Shown here piece by piece: positions 39,001 through 54,000 of a DNA stretch of 64,000 bases. Below the pieces are notes generated by a model. It saw only the letters and a list, made by a program, of their open reading frames with translations, was not told the origin of the DNA and searched no databases. The DNA lies in assembly GCA_964016885.1 (NCBI GenBank), contig OZ024744.1, positions 25,172,001-25,236,000 of the forward strand, written 5' to 3'. This stretch comes from Eledone cirrhosa (lineage: Eukaryota). Position 1 is the first letter of the stretch; each line of letters begins with the position of its first letter. A program made the translations under genes and the position numbers.

Positions 39001-42000
39001 ACCAGCTCTACTGTCTCTAGTTTACCAGCTCTATTGTCTCTAGTGTACCAGCTCTAGTGGCTCTAGTGTACCAGCTCTATTGTCTCTAGTGTACAAGCTC
39101 TACTGTCACTAGAGTACCAGCTCTACTTTTTCTAGTGTACAAGCTCTACTGCCTCTAGTGTACCAGATCTATTGTCACTAGTGTACCAGCTCCACTGTCT
39201 CTAGTGTACCAGCTCTACTGTCTCTATTGTACCAGCTCTACTATCTCTAGTGTACCAACTCTATTGTCTCTAGTGTACCAGCTCTAGAGTCTCTAGTGTA
39301 CCAGCTCTACTCTCTCTAGTGTACCAGCTCTACTGTCTCTAGTGTAGCAGCTCCACTGTCACAAGTGTACCAGCTCTATTGTCTCTAGTGTACCAACTCC
39401 ACTGTCTCTAGTCTACCAACTCTATTGTCTCTAGTGTACCAGCTCCACTGTCTCTAGTGTACCAGATCTATTGTCACTAGTGTACCAGCTCCACTGTCTC
39501 TAGTGTACAAGCTCTACTGTCTCTAGTGTACCAGCTCTACTATCTCTAGTATACCAACTCTATTGTCTCTAGTGTACCAGCTCTAGAGTCTGTAGTGTAC
39601 CAGCTCCACTGTCTCTAATGTACCAGCTCCACTGTCTCTAGTGTACCAACTCTACTGTCTCTAGTGTACAAACTCCACTCTCTCTAGTGTACCAACTCTA
39701 CTGTCTCTAGCGTACCAGCACTTCTGTCTCTAGTGTAGTAGCTCTACTCTCTCTAGTGTACCAACTCTACTGTCTCTAGTGTACCAGTTATATCGTCTCT
39801 AGTGTACCAGCTCTATTGTCTCTAGTGTACCAACACTACTGTCACCCGTGTACCAGCTCTATTGTCTCTAGTGTACCAGCTGTATTGTCTCGTGTGTACC
39901 AGCTCTACTATCACTAGTGTACCAGCTCCACTATCTCTAGTGTACCAACTCTACTGTGTCTAGTGTACCAGCTCTACTGTGTGTAGTGTACCAGCTCCAC
40001 TGTCTGTAGTGTATCAGCTCTACTGTGTCTAGTGTACCAGCTCTATTGTCTCTAGTGTACCAGCTCTATTGTCTCTAGAGTACCAGCCACACTGTCTCTA
40101 GTATACCAGCACTACAGTCTCTAGTGTACAAGGTCCACTGTTCTCTTGTGTACCAGCTCTATTGTGTCTAGTGTACCAGCTCGACTCTCTCTAGTGTATC
40201 AGCTCACTGCCTCTAGTGAACCAGATCTACTGTCTCTAGTGTACCAGCACTATTGTCTCTAGTGTACCAGCTCCATTGTCTCTAATGTACCAGCTCTACT
40301 GTCTCTAGTGTACCAACTCTACTGTCTCTTGTGAACCAGCTCTACTGTATCTAGTGTACCAGCTCTATTGTCTCTAGTGTACCAGCTCTATTGTCTCTAG
40401 TGTACCAGCTCTATTGTCTCTAGTGTACCAGCTCTACTCTCACTAGTGTACCAACTCTACTGTCTCTAGTGTACCAGCTCTATTGTCTCTAGTGTACCAG
40501 CTGTATTGTCTCTAGTGTACCAGCTCTATTGTCTCTAGTGTACCAGCTCTACTGTCTCTAGTGTAATCAGCTCTATTGTCTCTAGTGTACCAACTCTACT
40601 ATCACTAGTGTACCAGCTCGACTATCTCTAGTGTACCAACTCTACAGTCTCTAGTGTACCAGCTCTACTGTGTCTAGTGTACCAGCTCCACTGTCTGTAG
40701 TGTACCAGCTCTACTGTGTATAGTGTACCAGCACTACTGTCTCTAGTGTACCAGCTCTACTGTCTCTAGTTTACCAGCTCTATTGTCTCTAGTGTACCAG
40801 CTCTAGTGGCTCTAGTGTACCAGCTCTATTGTCTCTAGTGTACCAGCCACACTGTCTCTGGTGTACCAGCACTACAATCTCTAGTGTAACAGGTCCACTG
40901 TTCTCTAGTATACCAGCTCCACAGTTTCTAGTGTACCAGCTCTGCTGCCTGTAGTGTACCAGCTCTACTGTCTCTAGTGTACCAGCTCTATTGTCTCTAG
41001 TGTACAATCTCTACTGTCACTAGAGTACCAGCTCTACTTTTTCTAGTGTACAAGCTCTACTGTCTCTAGTGTACCAGATCTATTGTCACTAGTGTACCAG
41101 CTCCACTGTCTCTAGTGTACCAGCTCTACTGTCTCTATTGTACCAGCTCTACTATTTGTAGTGTACCAACTCTATTGTCTCTAGTGTACCAGCTCTTGTG
41201 TCTCTAGTGTACCAGCTCTAGAGTCTCTGGTGTACCAGCTCTACTGTCTCTAGTGTACCAGCTCTACTGTCTCTAGTGTACCAGCTCTACTGTCTCTAGT
41301 GTACCAGCTCCACTGTCTCTAGTGTACCAAATCTACTGTCTCTAGTGTACCAACTCCACTGTCTATAGTGTTCCAGCTCTACTGTCACTAGTGTAATCAG
41401 CTCTATTGTCTCTAGTGTACAAGCTCTACTGTCTCTAGTGTACCAGCTCTATTGTCTCTAGTGTACCAGCTGTATTGTCTCTAGTGTACCAGCTATATTG
41501 TCTCTAGTGTACCAGCTCTACTGTATCTAGTGTAATCAGCTCTATTGTCTCTAGTGTACCAACTCTACTATCTCTAGTGTACCAGCTCTACTGTGTCTAG
41601 TGTACCAGCTCCACTGTCTGTAGTGTACCAGCTCTACTGTGTCTAGTGTACCAGCACTACTGTTTCTAGTGTACCAGCTCTACTGTCTCTAGTTTACCAG
41701 CTCTATTGTCTCTAGTGTACCAGCTCTAGTGGCTCTAGTGTACCAGCTCTATTGTCTCTAGTGTACAAGCTCTACTGTCACTAGAGTACCAGCTCTACTT
41801 TTTCTAGTGTACAAGCTCTACTGCCTCTAGTGTACCAGATCTATTGTCACTAGTGTACCAGCTCCACTGTCTCTAGTGTACCAGCTCTACTGTCTCTATT
41901 GTACCAGCTCTACTATCTCTAGTGTACCAACTCTATTGTCTCTAGTGTACCAGCTCTAGAGTCTCTAGTGTACCAGCTCTACTCTCTCTAGTGTACCAGC

Positions 42001-45000
42001 TCTACTGTCTCTAGTGTAGCAGCTCCACTGTCACAAGTGTACCAGCTCTATTGTCTCTAGTGTACCAACTCCACTGTCTCTAGTGTACCAAATCTATTGT
42101 CTCTAGTGTACCAGCTCCACTGTCTCTAGTGTACCAGATCTATTGTCACTAGTGTACCAGCTCCACTGTCTCTAGTGTACAAGCTCTACTGTCTCTAGTG
42201 TACCAGCTCTACTATCTCTAGTATACCAACTCTATTGTCTCTAGTGCACCAGCTCTTGTGTCTCTAGTGTACCAGCTCTAGAGTCTGTAGTGTACCAGCT
42301 CCACTGTCTCTAATGTACCAGCTCCACTGTCTCTAGTGTACCAACTCTACTGTCTCTAGTGTACCAACTCCACTATCTCTAGTGTACCAACTCTACTGTC
42401 TCTAGCGTACCAGCACTTCTGTCTCTAGTGTAGTAGCTCTACTCTCTCTAGTGTACCAACTCTACTGTCTCTAGTGTACCAGTTATATCGTCTCTAGTGT
42501 ACCAGCTCTATTGTCTCTAGTGTACCAACACTACTGTCACCCGTGTACCAACTCTATTGTCTCTAGTGTACCAGCTCTATTGTCTCTAGTGTACCAGCTG
42601 TATTGTCTCGTGTGTACCAGCTCTACTATAACTAGTGTACCAGCTCCACTATCTCTAGTGTACCAACTCTACTGTGTCTAGTGTACCAGCTCTACTGTGT
42701 GTAGTGTACCAGCTCCACTGTCTGTAGTGTATCAGCTCTACTGTGTCTAGTGTACCAGCTCTATTGTCTCTAGTGTACCAGCTCTATTGTCTCTAGAGTA
42801 CCAGCCACACTGTCTCTAGTATACCAGCACTACAGTCTCTAGTGTACAAGGTCCACTGTTCTCTTGTGTACCAGCTCTATTGTGTCTAGTGTACCAGCTC
42901 GACTCTCTCTAGTGTATCAGCTCACTGCCTCTAGTGAACCAGATCTACTGTCTCTAGTGTACCAGCACTATTGTCTCTAGTGTACCAGCTCCATTGTCTC
43001 TAATGTACCAGCTCTACTGTCTTTAGTGTACCAACTCTACTGTCTCTTGTGAAGCAGCTCTACTGTATCTAGTGTACCAGCTCTATTGTCTCTAGTGTAC
43101 CAGCTCTATTGTCTCTAGTGTACCAGCTCTATTGTCTCTAGTGTACCAGCTCTACTCTCACTAGTGTACCAACTCTACTGTCTCTAGTGTACCAGCTCTA
43201 TTGTCTCTAGTGTACCAGCTGTATTTTCTCTAGTGTACCAGCTCTATTGTCTCTAGTGTACCAGCTCTACTGTCTCTAGTGTAATCAGCTCTATTGTCTC
43301 TAGTGTACCAACTCTACTATCACTAGTGTACCAGCTCGACTATCTCTAGTGTACCAACTCTACAGTCTCTAGTGTACCAGCTCTACTGTGTCTAGTGTAC
43401 CAGCTCCACTGTCTGTAGTGTACCAGCTCTACTGTGTATAGTGTACCAGCACTACTGTCTCTAGTGTACCAGCTCTACTGTCTCTAGTTTACCAGCTCTA
43501 TTGTCTCTAGTGTACCAGCTCTAGTGGCTCTAGTGTACCAGCTCTATTGTCTCTAGTGTACCAGCCACACTGTCTCTGGTGTACCAGCACTACAGTCTCT
43601 AGTGTAACAGGTCCACTGTTCTCTAGTATACCAGCTCCACAGTTTCTAGTGTACCAGCTCTGCTGTCTGTAGTGTACCAGCTCTACTGTCTCTAGTGTAC
43701 CAGCTCTATTGTCTCTAGTGTACAAGCTCTACTGTCACTAGAGTACCAGCTCTACTTTTTCTAGTGTACAAGCTCTACTGTCTCTAGTGTACCAGATCTA
43801 TTGTCACTAGTGTACCAGCTCCACTGTCTCTAGTGTACCAGCTCTACTGTCTCTATTGTACCAGCTCTACTATTTGTAGTGTACCAACTCTATTTTCTCT
43901 AGTGTACCAGCTCTTGTGTCTCTAGTGTACCAGCTCTAGAGTCTCTGGTGTACCAGCTCTACTGTCACTAGTGTACCAGCTCTACTGTCTCTAGTGTAGC
44001 AGCTCCACTGTCACTAGTGTACCAGCTCTATTGTCTCTAGTGTACCAACTCCACTGTCTCTAGTGTACCAACTCTATTGTCTCTAGTGTACCAGATTTAT
44101 TGTCTCTAGTGTACCAGCTGTATTGTGTCTAGTGTACCAGTTCTACTATCACTAGTGTACCAGCTCCACTATCTCTAGTGTACCAACTCTACTGTGTCTA
44201 GTGTACCAGCTCTACTGTGTCTAGTGTACCAGCTCTATTTTCTCTAGTGTACCAGCCACACTGTCTCTAGTGTAGCTGCACTATAGTCTCTAGTGTACAA
44301 GGTCCACTGTTCTCTAGTGTACCAGCTCAAATCTTTCTAGTGTACCAGCTATACTGTCTCTAGTGTACCAGCTCTATTGTCTCTAGTGTACAAGCTCTAC
44401 TGTCTCTAGTGTACCAGCTTCACTGTCTCTAGTGTACCAGCTCTATTGTCTCTAGTGTACCAGCTCTATTGTCTCTAGTGTACAAGCTTTACTGTCTCTA
44501 CTGTACCAGCTCCACTGTCACTAGTGTACCAGCTCTACTTTTTCTAGTGTACAAGCTCTACTGTCTCTGGTGTACCAGCTCTACTGTCACCTAGTGTACC
44601 AGCTCCACTTTCTCTAATGTATCAGCTCTAATGTCTCTAGTGTACCAGCCACACTGTCTCTAGTGTACCAGCTCTACAGTCTCTAGTGTACCAGCTCCAC
44701 TGCTTCTAATGTACCATATCTACTGTGTATAGTGTACCAGCTCTCTTGTCTCTAATTTTCCAGCTCTGCTGCCTCTAGTGTACCAGATCTATTGTCTCTA
44801 GTGTACCAACTCTACTGTCTGTAGTGTACCAGCTCCATTGTCTCTAATGTACCAGCTCTGCTGCCTCTAGTCTACCAGATCTATTGTCTCTAGTGTACCA
44901 GCTCTATTGTCTCAATGTACCAGCTCTACAGTCACTAGTGTACCAACTCTACTGTCTCTACTTTACCAGCGCTATTGTCTCAATGTACCAACTCTACGGT

Positions 45001-48000
45001 CTCTAATGTACTAGCTCAAGTGTCACTAGTGTACCAGCTCGACTATCTCTAGTGTAGCAACTCTACTGTCTCTAGTGTACCAGCTGTACTGTCTCTAGTG
45101 TACCAAATATGCTGTCTCTAGTGTACCAGCCCTAGTGTCTCTAGTGTACCATCTCTACTGTCTCTAGTGTACCAGCTCTATTGTGTCTGGTGTACCAGCT
45201 CTACTCTCTCTAGTCTACCAGCTCACTGTCTCTAGTGTACCAGATCTATTGTCTCTAGTGTACCAGCTCCACTGTCTCTCGTGTACCAGCTCTACTGTCT
45301 CTCGTGTACCAGCTCTACTGTCTCTAGTGTACCAGCCACACTGTCTCTAATGTACCTGCTCTACAGTCTCCAGTTTACCAGCTCCAGAGTTTCTAGTGTA
45401 CCAGATCTACTGTGTCTAGTGTACCAGCTCTATTGTCTCTAACGTACCAGCTCTGCTGTCTCTAGTGTACCAGCTCCACTGTCCCTAGTGTACCAACCTT
45501 ACTGTCTCTAGTGTACCAACTCCACTGTCTCTAGTGTACCAACTCTACTGTCTCTAGTGTACCAGCATTACTGTCTCTAGTGTACCAGCTCTGCTGTCTC
45601 TAGAGTACAAGCTCTACTGTCTCTAGTGCAACAGCTCTACTTTCCCTTGTGTACCAGCTCCACTGTCTCTAGTGTACCAGCTCTAGTGTCTCTAGTGTAC
45701 CAGCTCTATTGTCCCTAGTGTATCAGCTCTATTGTCTCTAGTGTACAAGCTCTGCTGTCTCTAATGTACCAGCTCCACTGTCTCTAGTGTACCAGCTCTA
45801 GTATCTCTGGTGTACCAACACTATTGTCTCTAGTGTAGCAGCTCTTGTCTCTCTAGTGTAGCAGCTCTAGTGTCTCTAGTGTACCAGCTCTACTGTCTCT
45901 AGTGTACCAGCTCTACTGTCTCTAGTGTACCAGCTCCACTGTCTCTAGTGTACCAAATCTACTGTCTCTAGTGTACCAACTCCACTGTCTATAGTGTACC
46001 AACTCTACTATCTCTAGTGTGCCAGCACTACTGTCTCTAGTGTAGCAGCTCTCCTGTCTCTAGTGTACCAGCTCTATTGTCTCTAGTGTACCAGCTCTAC
46101 TCTCACTAGTGTACCAACCCTACTGTCTCTAGTGTACCAGCTCTATTGTCTCTAGTGTACCAGCTGTATTGTCTCTAATGTACCAGCTCTATTGTCTCTA
46201 GTGTACAAGCTCTGCTGTCTCTAATGTACCAGCTCCACTGTCTCTAGTGTTCCAGCTCTAGTAACTCTGGTGTACCAACTCTATGGTCTCTAGTGTACCA
46301 GCTATTGTCTCTCTAGTGTAGCAGCTCTAGTGTCTCTAGTGTACCAGCTCTACTGTCTCTAGTGTACCAGCTCTACTGTCTCTAGTGTACCAGCTCCACT
46401 GTCTCTAGTGTACCAAATCTACTGTCTCTAGTGTACCAACTCCACTGTCTATAGTGTTCCAGCTCTACTGTCTCTAGTGTAATCAGCTCTATTGTCTCTA
46501 GTGTACCAACTCTACTGTCTCTAGTGTACCAGCTCTATTGTCTCTAGTGTACCAGCTGTATTGTCTCTAGTGTACCAGCTATATTGTCTCTAGTGTACCA
46601 GCTCTACTGTATCTAGTGTAATCAGCTCTATTGTCTCTAGTGTACCAACTCTACTATCTCTAGTGTACCAGCTCTACTGTGTCTAGTGTACCAGCTCCAC
46701 TGTCTGTAGTGTACCAGCTCTACTGTGTCTAGTGTACCAGCACTACTGTCTCTAGTGTACCAGCTCTACTGTCTCTAGTTTACCAGCTCTATTGTCTCTA
46801 GTGGACCAGCTCTAGTGGCTCTAGTGTACCAGCTCTATTGTCTCTAGCGTACCAGCCACACTGTCTCTGGTGTACCAGCTCCACAGTTTCTAGTGTACCA
46901 GCTCTGCTGCCTGTAGGGTACCAGATCTATTGTCACTAGTGTACCAGCTCCACTGTCTCTAGTGTACCAGCTCTACTGTCTCTATTGTACCAGCTCTACT
47001 ATTTCTAGTGTACCAACTCTATTGTCTCTAGTGTACCAGCTCTTGTGTCTCTAGTGTACCAGCTCTAGAGTCTCTAGTGTACCAGCTCTACTGTCTCTAG
47101 TGTACCAGCTCTACTGTCTCTAGTGTAGCAGCTCCACTGTCACTAGTGTACCAGCTCTATTGTCTCTAATGTACCAACTCCACTGTCTCTAGTGTACCAA
47201 CTCTATTGTCTCTAGTGTACCAGCTCCACTGTCTCTAGTTTACCAGATCTATTGTCACTAGTGTACCAGCTCCACTGTCTCTAGTGTACAAGCTCTACTG
47301 TCTCTATTGTACCAGCTCTACTATCTCTAGTGTACCAACTCTATTGTCACTAGTGTACCAGCTCTATTGTTTTTAGTGTACCAGCTCTATTGTCTCTAGT
47401 GTTCCAGCTCTTCTGTCACCAGTGTACCAACTCTATTGTCTCTAGTGTACCAGATTTATTGTCTCTAGTGTACCAGCTGTATTGTGTCTAGTGTACCAGT
47501 TCTACTATCACTAGTGTACCAGCTCCACTATCTCTAGTGTACCAACTCTACTGTGTCTAGTGTACCAGCTCTACTGTGTCCAGTGTACCAGCTCCACTGT
47601 CTGTAGTGTACCAGCTCTACTGTGTCTAGTGTACCAGCTCTATTGTCTCTAGTGTACCAGCCACACTGTCTCTAGTGTACCTGCACTACAGTCTCTAGTG
47701 TACAAGGTCCACTGTTCTCTAGTGTACCAGCTCAAATATTTCTAGTGTACCAGCTCTACTGTCTCTAGTGTACCAGCTCTATTGTCTCTAGTGTACAAGC
47801 TCTACTGTCTCTAGTGTACCAGCTCCACTGTCTCTAGTGTACCAGCTCCACTGTCTCTAGTGTACCAGCTCTATTGTCTCTAGTGTACCAGCTCTATTGT
47901 CTCTAGTGTACAAGCTTTACTGTCTCTACTGTACCAGCTCCACTGTCACTAGTGTACCAGCTCTACTTTTTCTAGTGTACAAGCTCTACTGTCTCTGGTG

Positions 48001-51000
48001 TACCAGCTCTACTGTCACTAGTGTACCAGCTCCACTTTCTCTAATGTATCAGCTCTACTGTCTCTAGTGTACCAGCCACACTGTCTCTAGTGTACCAGCT
48101 CTACAGTCTCTAGTGTACCAGCTCCACTGTGTATAGTGTACCAGCTCTCTTGTCTCTAATTTACCAGCTCTGCTGCCTCTAGTGTACCAGATCTATTGTC
48201 TCTAGTGTACCAACTCTACTGTCTGTAGTGTATCAGCTCCATTGTCTCTAGTGTACCAGCTCTATTGTCTCAATGTACCAGCTCTACAGTCACTAGTGTA
48301 CCAACTCTACTGTCTCTACTGTACCAGTTCTATTGTCTCAATGTACCAACTCTACGGTCTCTAATGTACTAGCTCATGTGTCACTAGTGTACCAGCTCGA
48401 CTATCTCTAGTGTAGCAACTCTACTGTCTCTTGTGTACCAGCTCTACTGTCTCTAGTGTACCAAATATGCTGTCTCTAGTGTACCAGACCTAGTGTCTCT
48501 AGTGTACCAGCTCTACTGTCTCTAGTGTACCAGCTTTATTGTGTCTGGTGTACCAGATCTACTCTCTCTCGTCTACCAGCTCACTGTCTCTCGTGTACTA
48601 GATCTATTGTCTCTACTTGTACCAGCTCCACTTACTCTAGTGTACCAGCTGTATTGCCTCTAGTGCACCAGCTCCACTGTCTCTCGTGTACCAGCTCTAC
48701 TGTCTCTCGTGTACCAGCTCTACTGTCTCTAGTGTACCAACTCCACTGTCTCTCGTGTACCAGCTCTACTGTCTCCCGTGTACCAGCTCTACTGTCTCTA
48801 GTGTACGAGCCACACTGTCTCTAGTGTACCTGCTCTACAGTCTCCAGTTTACCAGCTCCAGAGTTTCTAGTGTACCAGATCTACTGTGTCTAGTGTACCA
48901 GCTCTATTGTCACTAACGTACCAGCTCTGCTGCCTCTAGTGTACCAGATCTATTGTCTCTAGTGTACCAGCTCTACTGTCTCTAGTGTAATCAGCTCTAT
49001 TGTCTCTAGTGTACCAGCTCTACTGTCTCTAGTGTACCAACTCTACTGTCTGTAGTGTACCAGCTCTATTGTCTCTATTGTACCAACTCTACTGTCTCTA
49101 GTGTACCAGCTCTAGTGTCACTAGTGTACCAGCTCCACTGTCTCTAGTGTACCAGCTCTACTGTCTCTAGTGTACCAGCTCTACTGTCTCTAGTGTACCA
49201 GCTCTACTGTCTCTCGTGTACCAGATCCATTGTATCTAGTGTACCAACTCTACTGTCTCTAGTGTACCAGCTCTATTGTCTCTAGTGTACCAGCTCAACT
49301 CTCTCTAGTGTATCAACTCTACTGTCTCTAGTGTACCAGCTCTATTGTCTCTAGTGTACCAGCTCTACTGTCTCTAGTGTAATGTGCTCTATTGTCTCTA
49401 GTGTACCAACTCTACTGTCTCTAGTGTACCAGCTCTATTGTCTCCAGTGTACCAGCTCTTCTGTCACCAGTGTACCAACTCTATTGTCTCTAGTGTACCA
49501 GCTCTATTGTCTCTAGTGTACCAGCAGTATTGTGTCTAGTATACCAACTCTACTATCACTAGTGTACCAGCTCCACTATCTTTAGTGTAACAGCTCTAGA
49601 GTCTCTAGTGTACCAGCTCTACTGTCTCTGGTGTACCAGCTCTACTGTCTCTAGTGTAGCAGCTCCACTGTCACTAGTGTACCAGCTCCACTGTCTCTAG
49701 TGTACCAAGTCTATTGTCTCTAGTGTACCAACTCCACTGTCTCTAGTGTACCAACTCTACTGTCTCTAGTGTACAAGCTCTACTGTCTCTAGTGTACCAG
49801 ATCTATTGTCTCTAGTGTACCAGCTCCACTGTCTCTAGTGTACCAGCTCTACTGTATCTATTGTACCAGCTCTACTAACTCTAGTGTACCAGCACTACTG
49901 TCAATAGTGCACCAGCTACACTGTTCTCTAGAGTACCAGCTCAAAACTTTCTAGTGTACCAGCTCTACTGTCTCTAGTGTACCAGCTCTATTGTCTCTAG
50001 TGTACAAGCTCTACTGTCTCTAGTGTACCAGCTCCACTGTCTCTAGTGTACCAGCTCTATCGTCTCTAGTGTACCAGCTCTATTGTCTCTAGTGTACAAG
50101 CTTTACTGTCTCTAGTGTACCAGCTCCACTGTCACTAGTGTACCAGCTCTACTGTCTCTAGTGTACCAGCTATACTTTTTCTAGTGTACAAGCTCTACTG
50201 TCTCTAGTGTACCAGCACTACTGTCAATAGTCCACCAGCTCCACTTTCTCTAATGTACCAGCTCTACTATCTCTAGTGTACCAGCTACACTGTCTCTAGT
50301 GTACCAGCTCCACTGTTTCTAGTGTACCAGATCTACTGTGTATAGTGTACCATCTCTATTGTCTCTAACTTACCAGCTCTGCTGCCTCTAGTGTACCAGA
50401 TCTATTGTCTCTAGTCTACCAGCCACACTGCCTCTGGTGTACCAGCACTACAGTCTCTAGTGTAACAGGTCCACTGTTCTCTAGTGTACCAGCTCCACAG
50501 TTTCTAGTGTACCAGCTCTATTGTCTCTAGTGTACCAGCTCTATTGTCTCTAGTGTACAAGCTCTACTGTCTCTAGAGTACCAGCTCCACTGTCACTAGA
50601 GTACCAGCTCTACTGTCTCTAGTGTACCAGCTCTACTGTCTCTATTGTACCAGCTCTACTATCTCTAGTGTACCAACTCTATTGTCTCTAGTGTACCAGC
50701 TCTTGTGTCTCTAGTGTACCAGCTCTAGAGTCTCTAGTGTACCAAATCTACTGTGTCTAGTGTACCAGCTCTATTGTCTCTAATGTACCAGGTCTGCTGT
50801 TTCTAGTGTACAAGCTCTACTGTCTCTAGTGTACCAGATCTATTGTCACTAGTGTACCAGCTCCACTGTCTCTAGTGTACCAGCTCTACTGTCTCTAGTG
50901 TTCCAGCTCTACTGTCTCTATTGTACCAGCTCTACTATCTCTAGTGTACCATCTCTATTGTCTCTAGTGTACCAACTCTGCTGTCTCTAGTGTACCGGCT

Positions 51001-54000
51001 CTACTGTCTCTAGTGTACCAGCTCTACTGTCTCTCGTGTACCAGCTCTATTGTCTCTAGTGTACCAGCTCAAATCTCTCTAGTGTACCAACTCTACTGTC
51101 TCTAGTGTACCAGCTCTATTGTCTCTAGTGTACCAGCTCTACTGTCTCTAGTGTAATCAGCTCTATTGTCTCTAGTGTACCAGCTCTACTGTCTCTAGTG
51201 TACCAGCTCCATGGGATCTAGTGTACCAGCTCCACTGTCTGTAGTGTACCAGCTCTACTGTGTCTAGTGTACCAGCTCTATTGTCTCTAGTGTACCAGCC
51301 ACACTGTCTCTAGTGTACCAGCACTACAGTCTCTAGTGTACAAGGTCCACTGTTCTCTAGTGTACCAGCTCAAATCTTTCTACTGTACCAGCTCGACTGT
51401 CTCTAGTGTACCAGCTCTATTGTCTCTAGTGTACAAGCTCTACTGTCTCTAGTGTACCAGCTCCACTGTCTCTAGTGTACCAGTTCTATTGTCTCTAGTG
51501 TACAAGCTTTACTGTCTCTAGTGTACCAGCTCCACTGTCACTAGTGTACCAGCTCTGCTTTTTCTAGTGTACAAGCTCTACTTTCTCTAGTGTACCAGCT
51601 CTACTGTCACTAGTGTACCAGCTCCACTTTCTCTGATGTACCAGCTCTACTGTCTCTAGTGTACCAGCAACACTGTCTCTAGTGTACCAGCTCCACAGTC
51701 TCTAGTGTACCAGCTCCACTGTTTCTAGTGTACCAGATATATTGTGTATAGTGTACCATCTCTATTGTCTTTAATTTACCAGCTCTGCTGCCTCTAGTGT
51801 ACCAGATCTATTGTCTCTAGTGTACCAGCTCTATTGTCTCAATGTACCAGGTCTACAGTCACTAGTGTACCAACTCTACTGTCTCTACTGTACCAGCTCT
51901 ATTGTCTCAAGTGTACCAACTCTACAGTCTCTAATGTACTAGCTCAAGTGTCACTAGTGTACCAGCTCGACTATCTCTAGTGTAGCAACTCTACTGTCTC
52001 TAATGTACCTGCTCTATTGTCTCTAGTGTACCAGCTCTACTGTCTCTAGTGTACCAAATATGCTGTCTCTAGTGTACCAGCCCTAGTGTCTCTAGTGTAC
52101 CAGCTCTACTGTCTCTAGTGTACCAGCTCTATTGTGTCTGGTGTACCAGCTCTACTCTCTCTAGTGTAGCAGCTCACTGTCTCTAGTGTACCAGCATTAT
52201 TGTCTCTACTTGTGCCAGCTCCACTTACTCTAGTGTACCAGCTCTATTGTCTCTAGTGTACCAGCTCTATTGTCTCTAGTGTACCAGCTCTATTGTCTCT
52301 AGTGTACCAGCTCCACTGTCACTAGTGTACCAGCTCTACTTTTTCTAGTGTACAAGCTCCACTGTCACTAGTGTACCAGCTCAAATCTTTCTAGTGTACC
52401 AGCTCTACTGTCTCTAGTGTACCAGCTCTATTGTCTCTAGTGTACCAGCTCTATTGTCTCTAGTGTACCAGTTCCACTGTCACAAGTGTACCAGCTCTAC
52501 TTTTTCTAGTGTACAAGCTCTACTGTCTCTAGTGTACCAGCTCTATTGTCACTAGTGTACCAGCTCCACTTTCTCTAGTGTACCAACTCTATTGTCTCTA
52601 GTGTACCAGCTCTATTGTCTCTAGTGTACCAGCTCCACTGTCACAAGTGTACCAGCTCTACTTTTTCTAGTGTACAAGCTCTACTGTCTCTAGTGTACCA
52701 GCTCTATTGTCACTAGTGTACCAGCTCCACTTTCTCTAGTGTACCAACTCTACTGTCTCTAGTGTACCAGCCACACTGTCTCTAGTGTACCAGCTCTACA
52801 GTCTCTAGTGTACCAGCTCCACTGTTTCTAGTGTACCAGATCTACTGTGTATAGTGTACCAGATCTATTGTCTCTAGTGTACCAATTCTACTGTCTGTAG
52901 TTTACCAGCTCCATTTTCTCTAATGTACCAGCTCTGCTGCCTCTAGTCTAGCAGATCTATTGTCTCTAGTGTACCAGCTCTACTGTCTCTAGTGTACCAA
53001 CTCTACTGTCTCTAGTGTACCAGCTCTAGTCTCTCTGGTGTACCAGCTCGACTATCTCTAGTGTAGCAACACTACAGTCAGTAGTGTACCAACTCTACTG
53101 TCTCTACTGTATCAGCTCTATTGTCTCTAGTGTACCAACTCTACTGTCTCTAGTGTACCAGCTCTACTGTCTCTATTGTACCAGCTCTACTGTCTCTCGT
53201 GTACCAGCTCCATCGTATCTAGTGTACCAACTCTACTGTCTCTAGTGTACCAGTTCTATTGTCTCTAGTGTACCAGCTCTACTGTCTCTAGTGTACCAGC
53301 TCTACTGTCTCTAGTGTAATCAGCTCTATTGTCTCTAGTGTACCAACTCTACTGTCTCTACTGTACCAGCTCTATTGTCTCTAGTGTACCAGCTCTACTG
53401 TCTCTAGTGTAATCAGCTCTATTGTCTCTAGTGTACCAGCTCTACTGTCTCTAGTGTATCAGCTCTATTGTCTCTAGTGTACCAGCTCTATTGTCTCTAG
53501 TGTACCAGCTGTATTGTGTGTAGTGTACCAGCTCTACTATCACTAGTGTACCAGCTCCACTATCTCTAGTGTACCAACTCTACTGTGTCTAGTGTACCAG
53601 CTCTACTGTATCTAGTGTACCAGCTCTATTGTCTCTAGTGTACCAGCTACACTGTCTCTGGTGTACCAGCACTACAGTCTCTAGTGTACAAGGTCCACTG
53701 TTCTCTAGTGTACCATCTCCACTGTCACTAGTGTACCAGCTCTACTGTCTCTCGTGTACCAACTCTACTGTCTCTAATGTACCAGCCACACTGTATCTAG
53801 TGTACCTGCTCTACAGTCTCTAGTTTACCAGCTCCAGAGTTTCTAGTGCACCAAATCTACTGTGTCTAGTGTACCAGCTCTATTGTCTCTAATGTACCAG
53901 GTCTGCTGCCTCTAGTGTACCAGATCTAATGTATCTAGTGTACCAGCTCTACTGTCTCTAGTGTACCAGCTCTGCTGCCTCTAGTGTACCAGATCTATTG

